Notes: a model not told the origin generated them from the sequence alone. DNA of 60,529 nucleotides, filler included, from Squatina squatina (GCA_031763465.1; 3 parts of 3 records of this genome joined end to end with filler, not necessarily neighbours in it), one strand, 5' to 3'. Shown: positions 1 through 14,004, numbered from the whole stretch's first letter. Translations and numbers: made by a program.

Positions 1-227
1 TTTCTGTGCAGTGTGTAATATTTGAGGTGGGGGGAAGTGAGGGTTGCAGTAGTGGTGAGAGTAGGAGGTGCAGAGTACGTGAGTAGGAGCAGAAGGAGGT
101 GGAGTGAAGTGTGGTGCAGTGCTTGTAGGAGAGTGAAGGGAAGCAGGCGAGGGGAGTATTGTGGGTAGTGATAATACAGTTGGTGCAGGTGTGAGGAGAG
201 AGTAGTTGAGATGAGAGGTAAGATTCT

Positions 228-530
228 TACCTTGACAAAAATAGTGAGCTAATTGAACTGATTTCTACATTGGAACCATGTCCTGGGAGCTAAGCTCCTT
301 GTATTGGCCTCCTCAGCGACCCCTTCCTACTGACGACAGANNNNNNNNNNTCTACCCCCTGGGGGAAACAGGATCAGTCATGATCTTAATTGAATAGCGG
401 AACAGGCTCGAGGAGCTGAATGGCCTACTCCCATTCCTATGTTGCTTCCGCCTGTCCATTGCCTGGACCAGGGTCTCCAATGTGACTTCATAGAACCTAG
501 GGGTTCGATCTGCAGGTTTTGCAGTCAATG
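228..530 (-). pseudogene. Degenerate Myb/SANT-like first exon of a PIF/Harbinger transposon ORF2, interrupted by a CR1-type tail
   Basis: The minus strand reads ..PADRTPRFYEVTLETLVQAMDRRK.. and ..EGVAEEANTRSLAPRTWFQCRNQFN*LTIFVK, followed by a GTAAG donor near 228. This matches the MSANTD/NAIF1-like pattern (R.PRF...LE.LV / W..VA..V.....RTW.QC..KFNDL). Confidence 0.7.
371..442 (+). mobile_element. CR1-type LINE 3' tail
   Basis: GATCAGTCATGATCTTAATTGAATAGCGGAACAGGCTCGAGGAGCTGAATGGCCTACTCC; the same tail recurs at about 16712, 25970, 27800, 36240, 40465 and 48320. Confidence 0.75.
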
Positions 531-1306
531 TTGCCTCTAATTTATTTCATTATGCGTAGTCCCTTTAACTGGCTGCACGGCCCATTCAAATTTTTGTGCG
601 TGTGCAGGTTCTTCTACGCAAACACCGGGAGTGGCCTGCGCGGGACCTCCAGACTGCAGCGCGAATGTGCAGCTTAGCGGGGACTTTGGTGTTGACCCCT
701 CCTTACAACTTAGCCCAAAACAGGTCCTGTAACACCTATTAATTGGTTCCCAGCCAAAGTCAAGGAAAGGAAATAAGGGAATATCGAAACAGGGAGGATA
801 CATGGCATTAGTTCTGCTACTGGTGTAGAGGATAAGAGTGCTGGCTTGCTGGACTTTCTGGTTGCCAGTCAAGTGTGCTCCGGCATGCTTTTAACATGCC
901 TATTCTAATTAGGGGGATGGACTCCCTTTTCAAAATTTGAACAGCCTGCACTGTTAGTGTGGGTGGGTATTGCATCTAGAGCTGGCTCAAGCCCATTTTT
1001 GCGTGGATCTCTGCTGGTAATCGGAGCCGTGCAAATGTCCCTGTGTTAACTTATATACACAGTTTTGATTATAACCAATGCAAAATGCTAACAGCTGCTG
1101 ACTATTCAGCGAGGCTTCCATCATGAATGTGCAAGGTGGCTTGTGCCTTTGACTGACAACCTTAATCTGAAAACACAGAATATGAATGAACCTTCTTTGT
1201 ACAGTAAAGTTCACTGTATGAAATTACAAAGAACAAAATTGAATCTTACTGGCAAATATGTGATTTCAGATGACATCCATTCAATTATGTAATTGTCCAT
1301 TTTACA

Positions 1307-1384
1307 TCTCTCAGCGTACACAGCCATGCAATCCCACTGCCAATCCTCTCAGCGTACACAGCCATGCAGTCCCACGGCCAATCT
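1307..1384. repeat. Tandem duplication, 2 x ~38 bp
   Basis: CTCTCAGCGTACACAGCCATGCA(A/G)TCCCAC(T/G)GCCAATC occurs twice, back to back. Confidence 0.9.
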
Positions 1385-1912
1385 AATGAGCACAAAAGTG
1401 CAGTTGATTCCTCCTAGATTACAGATGATGCTGTTCTATGAATCTACTAATAGGCAATCGCCAAGAAATGGGTGAGAACACTCCTTGGCCTATTAATTCA
1501 ACTGCTTGTTGGCTTTTACATATACGGCAGGCTGGGAGACCATGTTCATTACAAGGCAGTAGTGTGCCAGCTGCCACAATGGTAAAAGCCAAAAAAATTG
1601 GCGTGTAGTACCTATGCCTGAACCAGGCATTAGGCACTTTGGATATGTAATTAAGGGGCCTTACACCTTTTTGAGGCCCCCACTGTAAGACTGATTTTTC
1701 CTGAAGCAGCTGGCACCAGCACCGTCTGGACTCACAAAAAACAGGTCTACATACCGCCTCCTAACTAGAATGGAAGCAGATGAAGGCAGTCCCTCCCAGC
1801 TGGACAACAGAANNNNNNNNNNNNNNNNNNNNNNNNNNNNNNNNNNNNNNNNNNNNNNNNNNNNNNNNNNNNNNNNNNNNNNNNNNNNNNNNNNNNNNNN
1901 NNNNNNNNNNNN

Positions 1913-2080
1913 CATCACTAAGACAGATCATCTGTTTGTGGGATGTTGCTGTGTGAAAATTGGCTGCTGTGTTTCCTACATTACAACAGTGACTACATTT
2001 CAGAAGTATTCATTGGGTGTCAATGGCTTTGGGATATCCTGAGGTCTTGAAAGGCATTCTATAAAAGCGGGTCCTTTCCT
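1913..2080 (+). mobile_element. 3' part of a tRNA/Deu-type SINE
   Basis: Reverse-complement match to the copies at 35665-35913 and 38545-38935 (CTGTTTGTGGGA..TTGGCTGCTGTGTTTCCTACATTACAACAGTGACTACA). Confidence 0.7.
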
Positions 2081-3591
2081 TAAAAAGTGGCAGGCCACTG
2101 CTGCACATCTTCATACTTTTGAAGGCGTTAACAAGCTACTTTACCAAAATCTTATTAATCTTATGCAAAGCATTCACAATGAGTGTTTTTCTTTTAAAAC
2201 AAGTCTCATAACATTTGCATTCTGTCTGCCATGATAATACATGTAAGCTACTGTAGCATTGAGCTTTGCAGAGTAAACCTTGTCAATAATGTCTTCTTGG
2301 GTCATTGTTACATAGAAGGATGGCAGATAAAAGGGTCTAAAGTGGCATTTGTGGGGCCAGCAATGCTAGCCAGCCCCTGAAAACCTTTGAAGAAAGGATA
2401 TTAGCCAACATCAATATGGAGACAGTGGAAGGCAGTCCTGTTGAGGAGGTGGAAGCGAAATATGCACCAACCGCTATGTTCCAAATGCATGCACTCTCTT
2501 TCTAATTTACAGATCACCTAACGTGAAAATATGCAAGCACTGAACCAGAGAACATCAAATTCATCAAAGGCTTCTGAAATCCATATATAGAATGGTGGAG
2601 GAGAGGACCTTTGGGTGATGGTGATACAGTTCTAAGGGATTGCACAAAAGCAAGCAAATATCCTCACCTGTTCATGCACTGAATCTTTTTGCAATGATTC
2701 ATACCAGAGTTAAAAACACAGCCTTGAGTAGTGTCTTTACTTTTCAGGGTGAGATATGTTAACAGAGATTACAGNNNNNNNNNNNNNNNNNNNNNNNNNN
2801 NNNNNNNNNNNNNNNNNNNNNNNNNNNNNNNNNNNNNNNNNNNNNNNNNNNNNNNNNNNNNNNNNNNNNNNNNNAGACTGCATTGCAGTAATTCTTTTCA
2901 GGCAATGATGTTCAGCTGTGAAGAATTCCAGGAATTCCTCACAATAACACCAAAAATATGAAATCAATACCAGCTGTCAAATAAGCTCATTGCTCTATTT
3001 CTTATTTTTGTTTTTGGTCATTTTTAAAATTGTCTTTCCCTTCCCTCCTTCTCTCCTTAATGTGATGAGTAATGCCGGGCTTTAGTTTCCAATAGCCTTC
3101 TAAGAATTTACCCCAAAACAATCATTCTTCATGTGTGAACCTCAATAGTGAGTGCCAGCAGAATACTCAAACATGAAGAGGGGGTCACAGCAAGCCCAAG
3201 CACGTCTTCATCTAGCATCCACAAATCAGGATGTTCCCGCAGGTAGGCAATGGCTGATAATCAGCAATAAGAGCACTGAATGAATTTTTCCTTCTTCAGC
3301 CCATTGATGCAACTGTTGTACTTCCACAATTGTATCAGCAGAGATATACTAATACAGCGCATCCTCAGCTGTAAGGCTCTGAACAACATCAAACACGCAT
3401 CAAGTCATCAAGGAGTATTTGCTGCAATTTTTAAAAATAACATAAATTAGTCCCTGAAGGAAGTAGTCTATACATCTCATGAAAACCTAGCCTTTATTTC
3501 CTCAAATAAAATAGGATGCATTATTATGTGAAGTTTTAGGTAAAATCTAGTAATGATCCAATGATACAAAACTGGAAAATAAAGTCATGCA

Positions 3592-3593
<2 letters not shown>

Positions 3594-3622
<29 letters not shown>
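3594..3622. repeat. (CA)n microsatellite
   Basis: Seen directly. Confidence 0.95.
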
Positions 3623-3626
<4 letters not shown>

Positions 3627-6600
3627 TTTATTGCAGACAGGTTTTTATCAATTTTGTGACTTAATGCATTAAGTACATAAATTGGAAATGCTATTGCATA
3701 AATTTGCACCACAAATCAAGCAAGCAGATAATCTCAGACAAGCATGACAGCTTTGTTAGTGGGGCTGACTCCCAGAGGACAGAGTCTCAGTTCCAAGATA
3801 TCAATTTGCTCTGCTTNNNNNNNNNNNNNNNNNNNNNNNNNNNNNNNNNNNNNNNNNNNNNNNNNNNNNNNNNNNNNNNNNNNNNNNNNNNNNNNNNNNN
3901 NNNNNNNNNNNNNNNNAATAGTGCTATGTTGTCAGGGGCGGAGGCCCAAGGCTAACTCCTCACTCCACTCGCAGACTGAATGACAATTGGGCCAAAGTAA
4001 TTTGTGTGCTTATAGTCTTGGTACAAGTTTAATGCCTATGAAAGGGAAGCCCCATAATGTACCTGGAACAACAGAATGCTGCTTCAGATGCTCAACACCC
4101 ATTTGAAACAGGCATTTCAAGGGAGGCTTCTAGAAAAATACCACTATTTATTGCTGAGTGGCCTTCTCCTCTACAAAGTCACCCATCATTGCAGGACTTC
4201 CTTCTGCATGACCTCCAATGCCTGATCTGTGACATTCTACCCCAAGCCATTTTTAAAAAAAGAGACAAAAAACACATGCAGCCTTGAGGCGAGTCAGTAA
4301 CTCTAACTGCTGCCCAATAACCTACCCCCATAACCTTGGCACTCTCCCAGCATATTACGTTCTAAATGCTGAGCGTGACATCTTTATATTTATTTATATT
4401 AGCTGACCTCATATTATGAAGGCAAGGTCAGCATGTAACCACCCAGGCAAAGCCAAAGCATTATTGGTTCCATTAAGGACAATTGTAGTATTCTTATCAA
4501 TCCCTTGGTTGGAATAAGCTAGTATAATATAGACCAGGAATGGAATTCTAGGGCCCACTTGATGTGCATTCATCACACAGTACATTTACCCAGTTAGCCT
4601 CAAGGGAAGTTGGAAACTCATCATTTTTAACCCTCATTTTTGTCCCTCATTCCTTTTGTTTAATCTTTACTTTTCATATGCCAAAGGTATTTATAATTTT
4701 TCCTTTAGGACCAGTTCAAGCTGCACCATTGGAGCTACACTACTAGCAGGCAACACTTAATTGTCTGTTAACAACTTCAAAGACAGCAGCTTGAACTCTA
4801 GCTGGAGGGAATGAATCAAAGAAAAGGAAAATAGTTGCTCGGCAGGAGTTCTATGACAGCTGGGGATAGACAATGTGTTGCTGCATTCATGTCAGGTTGG
4901 CCAAGACTGGAGGTGGCAGTAAAGGATCAGGAGTGGCAGTGAAGAAGAAAGGAAGCACATGGCGAGGCAGGCTCGGAGAAAATGGAGTAAATAGCAAGAA
5001 CTGCAGTAAAAGGAATAGTCTGCAAACTCTACTCACAAAAACAGATGATTTGTTTTGCATTCCTGCTGGCCTGAGGCACAAAGTTAACAGCTCACCCCAG
5101 TGAGATAGCAAATGTAATTTTCCACCAAATGACAACCTCAGTTACAGAAGACACCACAGAAAATAATCGTTCAATTAACATTTTAGGGATGGTCTCAGAA
5201 GATTTCACTCCAGCTCCAAACATATAAATAGAATATTATTTGAGTAATTGAGATCCCTTATTGTTTGAGTTTGAGTGTGCAAAACTGACTCTTTTCCCAA
5301 GTCTACTCTGAATATTTTTACCCATCTCCCATAAAGAGCTTCCAATATAGATTATGTACAAAATATTGTATTCACCTAGTCAAGCTTGTTTGAATGGCAA
5401 TCTGATTTGTTTCCACACAAATGTACTGGATTTTCTGAGTATAATCTCATATGATGTTCCTGATTTCCCTAAACTTTTCTGGTTTGGCAGAATGTCCCTT
5501 CCTGTTTCCACCTTTGTGCTCACTCAGTCTTTCTCACTTCCCTTTCACTCCTGTTTCCTCTCCAGATGAAGCAGTGCCAGGTAAATTATACTGTTTACCA
5601 CGATCCTTAGGGAATCCCTGNNNNNNNNNNNNNNNNNNNNNNNNNNNNNNNNNNNNNNNNNNNNNNNNNNNNNNNNNNNNNNNNNNNNNNNNNNNNNNNN
5701 NNNNNNNNNNNNNNNNNNNNAGTCTGCAAGTTTTGTGCAAGCAGTGAAGAGAAGTTGTAAGTTTAATTGGCTTACCTGAGAGGACCCCTCACACCATCAA
5801 TCAAATTATTTTCCATGAGCTGTTTGAGAACTTTACATTTTTTTAAGTAACCATATAATTTAGAAGCCACTTCAGAAAATAATCAGCAAAATATTTTTTT
5901 ATAACGGCCTAGTTGAAAAATTGATTTCTTGAGAAGGCCTTGGATTCACTCTCTGTGCTAAGATACCTGGCCTCAGGTGGACTGGCTGCATAGAGTGGCA
6001 CTAGCCTCAGTTAACCAGTGATGGAAATTACATGTGGGGACGTCAGGTGCTGACAGGATCAGGCTTGAATGTTTAAACCCCCCCCCCCAAAACCAGGTAA
6101 AATAGCCTATTGGCACTCCTCATCTCCGCTCACACCTGGTGGCACCCATTGGAATCGGACCCCAAGTTACTGCCACTGCCTTTGAGGGAGGAAGGGAAGC
6201 TAGGAAGAACAGCATGTGTGAACCACAAGAACTGCTGAATATTTCCATATTTCCACAGTTATGACACCGTATTCGCACACCACTGCTCCATGTCTGCCAC
6301 TGATGCATCGGAAACAACAGACATAGAGGACTTAAACAAAGAACAGGTACAAAAAGAACTATAGGCATTTCTTGTGAAAATGTTATTGCACAGAATATCT
6401 CATGGAGGCATAAGTTGAATATTTTTGTATGTGGTCTGGTCAAAACTCAGCTGCTGGTGAATTGATTAGAGAATGGCTATCATCAAGATACTCACACCCA
6501 CCCCACTACAGAATAAATGTAACACTCCCAATGTTCTCTACACCCACTGTTCCTGCTCCATGAGACTACTGTGACTCCTCAGTGATCTTTACCAGACCTG

Positions 6601-7274
6601 CTCCAAATCCCAGAATTGCCCCGGTGCCCACTGCAAACTCTGTAGCTGTGACTGAGGTGGGGGGTAATTTTGACTCTGGGTGATATCTGACTAGCCGCCC
6701 GCCATGAATCTCCCCGAATTTCCATTTCCGTGGAAGTCAGTAGGGAGAGATGTATAACGGGCAAGGGGCTGCTCCTGTACTGCCCGATTTACCATCTTGG
6801 CCAGTCTCCACTGCATCCATGTGTCTCTGTTGTGCACTGATTCTCTGAATTGGACATAACGCCTCCAGGAAAGGAAAGGTTGACAGACGTTTCTTCATCT
6901 GTTTATTAACACACAATAGGATACCAAAAACCAGTTGAAATTTGAGGAACAATCATTCTTAGGATAACAATTCTTTCTGACCAGTTAGTCTCTGGGCAGT
7001 CCCCTGCACCTGTCTTTGGTTCAGGGAATCTTTGCCTTATTTTTATATGGTGAACTATTGTCCATTTAAAACAAAGTAGTCGTTAAGAACTGTACAGTCA
7101 TGGTGACTCATGGAAGGGGAGGGGGAGGGCGGAAGGAGGGGACAGAACACTTCAGAGAATGATCGTCAAACACTAAAACTAGCTAACAAAAATCAAACAG
7201 AAAATGTTGCCTTTCGCTGCACTGCCTCTCTTCCCTCGCCTTTCACCCATCAACCTCTACAATGGGTCCTGGTC

Positions 7275-7450
7275 TAACAACGCCTCAATTTAAAAATTCT
7301 CATCCTCATTTTCAAATCCCTCCATGGCCTCGCGCCTCCCTATCTCTAATCTCCTCCAGCCCCTCCGCACCTCCCCCCCGACCCCCAACTACCGAGATCG
7401 CTGCGTCCTCCAATTCTGGCTTTTTGTGCATCCCTAATAGTCATTGCTTC
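7275..7450 (+). mobile_element. L2-type LINE 3' fragment
   Basis: AAAATTCTCATCCTCATTTTCAAATCCCTCCATGGCCTCGC (KILILIFKSLHGLA); the same motif occurs at 53455-53518. Confidence 0.7.
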
Positions 7451-8099
7451 NNNNNNNNNNNNNNNNNNNNNNNNNNNNNNNNNNNNNNNNNNNNNNNNNN
7501 NNNNNNNNNNNNNNNNNNNNNNNNNNNNNNNNNNNNNNNNNNNNNNNNNNNNNNNNNNNNNNNNNNNNNNNNNNNNNNNNNNNNNNNNNNNNNNNNNNNN
7601 NNNNNNNNNNNNNNNNNNNNNNNNNNNNNNNNNNNNNNNNNNNNNNNNNNNNNNNNNNNNNNNNNNNNNNNNNNNNNNNNNNNNNNNNNNNNNNNNNNNN
7701 NNNNNNNNNNNNNNNNNNNNNNNNNNNNNNNNNNNNNNNNNNNNNNNNNNNNNNNNNNNNNNNNNNNNNNNNNNNNNNNNNNNNNNNNNNNNNNNNNNNN
7801 NNNNNNNNNNNNNNNNNNNNNNNNNNNNNNNNNNNNNNNNNNNNNNNNNNNNNNNNNNNNNNNNNNNNNNNNGGAAGCCAGCGCGAAAGCCAGCGCGAAA
7901 AATGCCGCCTTCCACCCTGTTACTGCCCCAAAGCGATGCAGATAAATTTCGGGCCCCAGGTATGTGTTATATATAAGGAAAATTTGAATCTTCGTTCATG
8001 AAAATCAGGGTGCATATTATATTTGGCGGCGTATTATATTCGGAAAATTAAGTCAACTGCTTTCCTTGGAAGTCCGACAATTCAGTATTCTCAGACTAG

Positions 8100-8350
8100 G
8101 TTGGGGAGGGGTAGATAACCCAGGACGTCTGCTCCTGATCACTGTCCAGTAACCTCTGCTCACTGAAGACAGGATTGAGCTCAGCTGTAAAGGTCACCAT
8201 GATTAAATAGCCCACTGATAGCAACTGTCCAGGCTCACAAATGAAATATTGCACTTGGGTGAAGTATTAGAGGGCTGCTAGCACTCATGGGACTCTACCT
8301 GAGCAAAAATAAGTGCCTTCAAGAGCTGAGAGGAAAAAGGGTAGAAAATT
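8100..8350 (+). mobile_element. Old unclassified SINE-like interspersed repeat
   Basis: GCTCCTGATCACTGTCCAGT..GACAGGATTGAGCTCAGCTGT..AATAGCC..GGCTCACAAATGAA..CACTTG; related copies lie at about 3040-3360 (-), 5960-6120 (+), 8410-8760 (-) and 17575-17750 (+). Confidence 0.6.
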
Positions 8351-8409
8351 GGATAAGAAATCTGATATCAGGAAAATTCTTGTTATGTATCACTGTACAA
8401 AGACTTTTT

Positions 8410-8764
8410 TCAGCAGTGCTCTCCTGAAAGCATTGACTCCTTGATGAAGTGTTTTTCCACAGGTATCAATTACCCTCTGGTGCCTCATCAAGTGCCCATT
8501 CTTCATGTGAGAGCTAAGACAGGGGATGTCAACAAGCTATCAAACTTGAAGAAGTATCACAGTCAAGGCTAATTTATTTGCACCAGACATCTACTCATGT
8601 ACACTCTAGCAAGGGTCAATTTATAGTGACCAGGTATAGGAACAAAGGCTGACTTTCCCTAATTCAGGAGCACTGAGGCTAATTGCAGCAGTCCTACCAC
8701 TAGCCAATTACAGGCTAGCTAACTTAGCACAAATTGCAGAATGAGTCTGGGACTTTACCAGTGT
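8410..8764 (-). mobile_element. Second copy of the same repeat, inverted relative to 8100-8350
   Basis: CAAGTGCCCATTCTTCATGTGAGAGCT..GCTAT is the reverse complement of the family core. Confidence 0.55.
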
Positions 8765-9675
8765 NNNNNNNNNNNNNNNNNNNNNNNNNNNNNNNNNNNN
8801 NNNNNNNNNNNNNNNNNNNNNNNNNNNNNNNNNNNNNNNNNNNNNNNNNNNNNNNNNNNNNNNNTCTTTGCCATATGTGGAACCAGCATAATGTGCAAAT
8901 CTCTTGTGTGATTGCATAAGTATAGCACAGGATGTACTTCTAAAGTTATCAGCATTGCATTATATAGTAAGCAAAATAAAAGGTATATTCATATTTCTGC
9001 TTTGGAGACTGAGTGATGGGCAGTCTCTGTGTCAGAATCATGATGACAATTAATAGTATGACATCGGTTCTGCTAAGTTATTGTTGGCTGTAAGTGGGGT
9101 GGCAAATAAAGGGTGTGGCAAAATGAAGCTTGGCTAAATTCAAAATACAACTCTTACAGGTTAACAATTAATGCTGTTATAATACCTCTGCAAATGAAAT
9201 ATAATTTATTGCATCCAGTGACAGTATTTTCTCATTCCATTTTCATTCAAACGACAGGTCCAAAGATCCAAAACTCACAAATGACACAGGCGCCAGTACA
9301 TTGTGATGGTCTTAATTCTTACGAGTGAGAGTACTTAAGGTGCAGCGTCGGACTGAGCTGTAAAATCGTTGCACAATGCAGTGCAATCCATGGTACGAAC
9401 CGTTCATAGTGAGAGGTGTGTGTGTATGTATCATTTTTCAAACTATATCCTCTGGGAACTATGAAAACACACAGCGGCGCAACAGAGAATACAACAGATT
9501 GGTCAACCATGTGCAACTTAAACCTCCGCCCACCACAACATCCAGAACGCAGCTTTATTTTCTCTCTACGACGAAAGAGAGAGAGAGAGACAGAGAAAAA
9601 TAAAGCTGCCAAAGTGTGTAAATAACATGTTGACGTTCACACGATGCCTGTCACAGGTTGTTCTTGCAGCCCTAC

Positions 9676-9848
9676 CTGAGGATGGCCGTGTCTCCCTGTC
9701 GCACCATGATGTTCTCCACAGCTGGCCAGGGGAAATCCACGCTCTGGGCTGCCGGCAGGCATGTGGGCAATAAGCAGCAGAGACTCAACAGCAGAGCCGC
9801 CAGCCACTGGCCGGAGGCGCACGGAGAAGCATCCTGCAGGCTGTCCAT
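9676..9848 (-). CDS. NEGR1: Neuronal growth regulator 1 (IgLON family), coding exon 1 with signal peptide
   Basis: MDSLQDASPCASGQWLAALLLSLCCLLPTCLPAAQSVDFPWPAVENIMVRQGDTAILR closely matches the vertebrate NEGR1 N-terminus (QWLAAVLLSLCCLLPSCLPAGQSVDFPW). ATG at 9848; donor CTCAG|GTAGG at 9676/9675. Confidence 0.95.
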
Positions 9849-11032
9849 AGCTTCTTTCCCCCTTTTCACACAAAATCTGTCAAAACCCTCCCCCTTTTTT
9901 TCCCCTCTTCCCCCTTCTCCCTCTGTCTCTGTCTCTACTAAGCGAAGGGAGTTTTGCTCTGGCGCTGCTTGACTCTAAAGTACGAGCTCTTTATTCTCCA
10001 GTGGCTTCCACATCATCCACCGACGGACTGATGCAAAATGCGTNNNNNNNNNNNNNNNNNNNNNNNNNNNNNNNNNNNNNNNNNNNNNNNNNNNNNNNNN
10101 NNNNNNNNNNNNNNNNNNNNNNNNNNNNNNNNNNNNNNNNNNNTCCTTAAATTCTTATGTTTTTATGAATGAGGTTTGTACATTGAATGAACATTTTAAG
10201 GAGGCTTGTTTCCTGCAAGGTATGGATTAAGAATATTTAATCAATGCAGAAATCAGTGCTTACCTTTGAAACAATTATGCTAATTAAAATGCCAGTGCCA
10301 AGAAACATCTTGTATAATTCGTGTTTGCTGTTACACATCCACAGAGAACTGGATTGGCATAATGGTAATGGTTAAAATTCACAGTAATTATTAGCTCTAA
10401 GCATCTAATATGCACATTTTCTTAAAACTTATTTTTTATGAATGGCAGCTAGTGAATTAAAGCTGAATAAGAGTCTATATGCAGCAAGAAAAAAGTGAGA
10501 AAGATCCGAGAACAATAGGTCATGAAGGAAATTTATCGGTGCAAAAAATACAAAAATGCATAGAATAGAACTGGAAGAAAATATAAACTTAGTTAAAAAG
10601 CAAATAAAAATTAAAACTATATAACATGTTGCAAAATAGGGAGAATTCTGGGTCGTGGAGTTGTATTTTCCTCTACCTTTTCGAGACTGAATTTGGAATT
10701 GGTGGTAAAGATCAAAAATTAAATTGTACAGTTTCAGAAATGAATTTCAGTGAAATTGCAAACTAAAATGAATTCTGGCTCATGTATCAGCAATCAGTTT
10801 TGAATACTATATATTGATGTGATTTTTGCAGTGAAGTTGCTGCATAGGAACATAATGGCCCTGAATTTGTGATCGGAGGCTTCTTGCGTGCAGAGGCCTC
10901 CAATCATAAAAATGTTTACAAACTTACCTGACNNNNNNNNNNNNNNNNNNNNNNNNNNNNNNNNNNNNNNNNNNNNNNNNNNNNNNNNNNNNNNNNNNNN
11001 NNNNNNNNNNNNNNNNNNNNNNNNNNNNNNNN

Positions 11033-11135
11033 CCTTTCTTAAATAGTGGGGTTACATTTGCTACCCTCCAATCTGCAGGAACCGTTCTAGAATCTATTGA
11101 ATTTTGGAAGATGACAACCAATGCATCCACTGCCT
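11033..11135 (-). mobile_element. CR1 LINE ORF2 fragment
   Basis: ALVVIFQNSIDSRTVPADWRVANVTPLFKK is the canonical pre-RT motif of CR1. Confidence 0.85.
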
Positions 11136-12607
11136 CTACCCCCAATGGGCCATTCTGGAAAGTTCAATAGAATATTGGGACCTGCTCAGTTTATGGAATT
11201 GCCAGCAAACGCCTCCTAAAGTTAAAGCAGGAGACGCTGGAATAGTCATGGATTTTTGGTTCCTGCATACTTACCTCCAACTGGCATGTATGGCAACCCA
11301 TCTTACTGGTATTACAGGTTTAAGAATGGGAAGGAATAAATTTAAAATACAGAGATAAAGGAATATATGTGGAACATTTCTACTGCAGAGTTCTATCTCT
11401 AGATCATTAGTAAAAATTCCAAAATATGTATTGTTTGGAAAGTTTTTCCTGTATAATTTGAAGTAAAATGGGAATAAAAAGATAAATTAAAATTGGGCAG
11501 GCTGCAAATGGAAAGTCAAGAAGATGTCTAGCTATCTTGAAAATTGGCATAGACTTGATAGGTCAAATGGTATATTTCTGTTCTGTAACATTTTATGATT
11601 AAAAGGAGCTTTTCTCTACATCTAATCAGGTTATCCCTGACCTGGGAGTATCTGATGCCTGAAATAAAAGTGTTCCATTCTCTAACATCCTTCACCTTAA
11701 TAAGTACTAAATTCACACAAAACAAGGAAACGGCAACTTTTCAAAGAACTGTGGTTCCAAAATGAAAATAACAAATATGCGCCTTGGACTCAATGTAATT
11801 TGTTTTCCTTCAATAAACACAAATCTTGGCAGTGCGTTCTGAATTCCTTCAATGAGACTGCAATCTACAGCACCAGTAACAACTTATGCAGATATTCTAG
11901 CTTGCATGTGGCACTATATAGTGTTGAGGCACATCAGATGGTATGAAGGGTAGGTGATACATAAATANNNNNNNNNNNNNNNNNNNNNNNNNNNNNNNNN
12001 NNNNNNNNNNNNNNNNNNNNNNNNNNNNNNNNNNNNNNNNNNNNNNNNNNNNNNNNNNNNNNNNNNNACAAGGAGGAAGACCGTTACAGACTTTGGTAAG
12101 ACACATGTGTTTTATGTCCCGTAGTTTGTAATTGACAGGTTGGTTCCTCATGACATCCAGCCTGTTGTGCAAATTTTTTGCTCCAAAGCAGCAAGAGAGC
12201 TTTCGATAAATGTCAAGAGCTGAGAAATAAAACATGGCAAACATATTTGACATTTTGTGAAATGAAAATGGAACATATTTATGTTCAAATGTAAGTTTCA
12301 TTGAATGAAGGTAAAATCCTTTGTGGATAACCTTTAAAGCAACTCTCAATAATGAAATGAAAAGAGACAGGAAATACCCAACATATTAGTCAGCAGTGAA
12401 ATAAGAAGGCTCGGTTAATATTTCACATGGGACCACTGATCACAATACCTGAAACCTTTGCTTCAGATGCTGCTGGATTGGCAGCACATCATCAGCATTT
12501 TCTATTTTTTTCCCATTTATCTTTCTTTCCTCTCAAAGGTGCTCACCTTTGGTGGGGTATGGATTCAAAGGCAACCACAGTCCTCTAGTGTTTCATCCAG
12601 ATCTTGA

Positions 12608-12880
12608 GAACATAAGAAATAGGAGCAGGATTAGGCCATACAGCACCTTGAGCCTGCTCCACCATTCAATAAGATCATAGTTACTACCTCAACTTCACTT
12701 TCCTGTCCTATCCCCATATCCCTTGATTCCCTTAGTGTCTGTCGATCCGATCGTGAATATTCTCAACAACTGAGCACCCGCAGCCTCTAGGGGAGAGAAT
12801 TTCAAAGATTCACAACCCTCTGAGTGAAAAGATTTCCCCTCATCTCAGTCCTAAATGGCCAACACCTTATCCTGAGATAA
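12608..12880 (-). mobile_element. CR1-type LINE 3' end
   Basis: AACATAAGAAATAGGAGCAGGA..GAGCCTGCTCCACCATTCAATAAGATCAT..CCCTCTGAGTGAA; reverse complement of the family tail. Confidence 0.8.
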
Positions 12881-14004
12881 GATCATACTTCATTTGTGAG
12901 GCTAATGATGAGTATCCCCNNNNNNNNNNNNNNNNNNNNNNNNNNNNNNNNNNNNNNNNNNNNNNNNNNNNNNNNNNNNNNNNNNNNNNNNNNNNNNNNN
13001 NNNNNNNNNNNNNNNNNNNATAGAAGGATATGCTGACAGGGTTAGATGAAATAAAGTGAGAGGAAGTGTGTGCGTAGTGTAAACACCAGCATAGACCAGT
13101 TGGGCTGAATGGCCTGTTTCTGGACTGTAAATTCTATGTAACTTATCATCTAAAAGGTATTATTCCTTTGCAGTAAGTTATGAAAAAAGGCAATTAAAGT
13201 CGGCTCACTGATAATTAGAGACGTAAGTCTGGAGAAAGAAGAGTTTGAGGAAAATGTTGAGAAGGTGCAAAGATGGGATGATTATCTGGCCAGTATGGCT
13301 TAGATGCTTTACCAACTAAGGCAAGGGATACAAAAGTGGAATTTTGTAATTTCAGTTCAGCATCAAATAATCTGACAATAGTAATGACTACTGCAATAAG
13401 ATTTTAGCAGCTATTTGAAGAAATATTTGAGATGAGCCATTTTGTAATAAAGTAATTTTGAGGTAAGTCAGTCACTTTGCTCAATGATTACCGCTGCAAT
13501 TTCATGTAGATTTTGATTACATCACCCAATTTAGAGAAACTGCTGACACTTGTATTTGACAGTTTTGACAAGAAAATGGTAATAATCTTAATGTCAAAAA
13601 GCAACACGGAGGATGGATTCTAAAAATTTGGAAATAAATAGTATTAAAGACTGTAATCTTTTGAATGGGATTGGGATTGTAGTGTTTGCTGCAAGATATT
13701 CTCACTTGAGATATAAAATGCAGATTCCACCACTTACCTCATGATATCCTATCGACTAATTAACCCATCTATAATTTAAAATTGCCCTCAATTCTTTGGT
13801 TGCTCAATTAGCAATTGAATGGATTCATTTTGAGGCATGAGGGTATTTAACTGAAAAACAGCTGGCAATAGTTTAAATCATTTGCTAATTAGCATGAAAA
13901 GGTTNNNNNNNNNNNNNNNNNNNNNNNNNNNNNNNNNNNNNNNNNNNNNNNNNNNNNNNNNNNNNNNNNNNNNNNNNNNNNNNNNNNNNNNNNNNNNNNN
14001 NNNN

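Noticed and set aside
7262-8001. Long ORFs of 185-227 aa
   Set aside because: They are mostly X from a 422-N gap; the same applies to the other gap-spanning ORFs.
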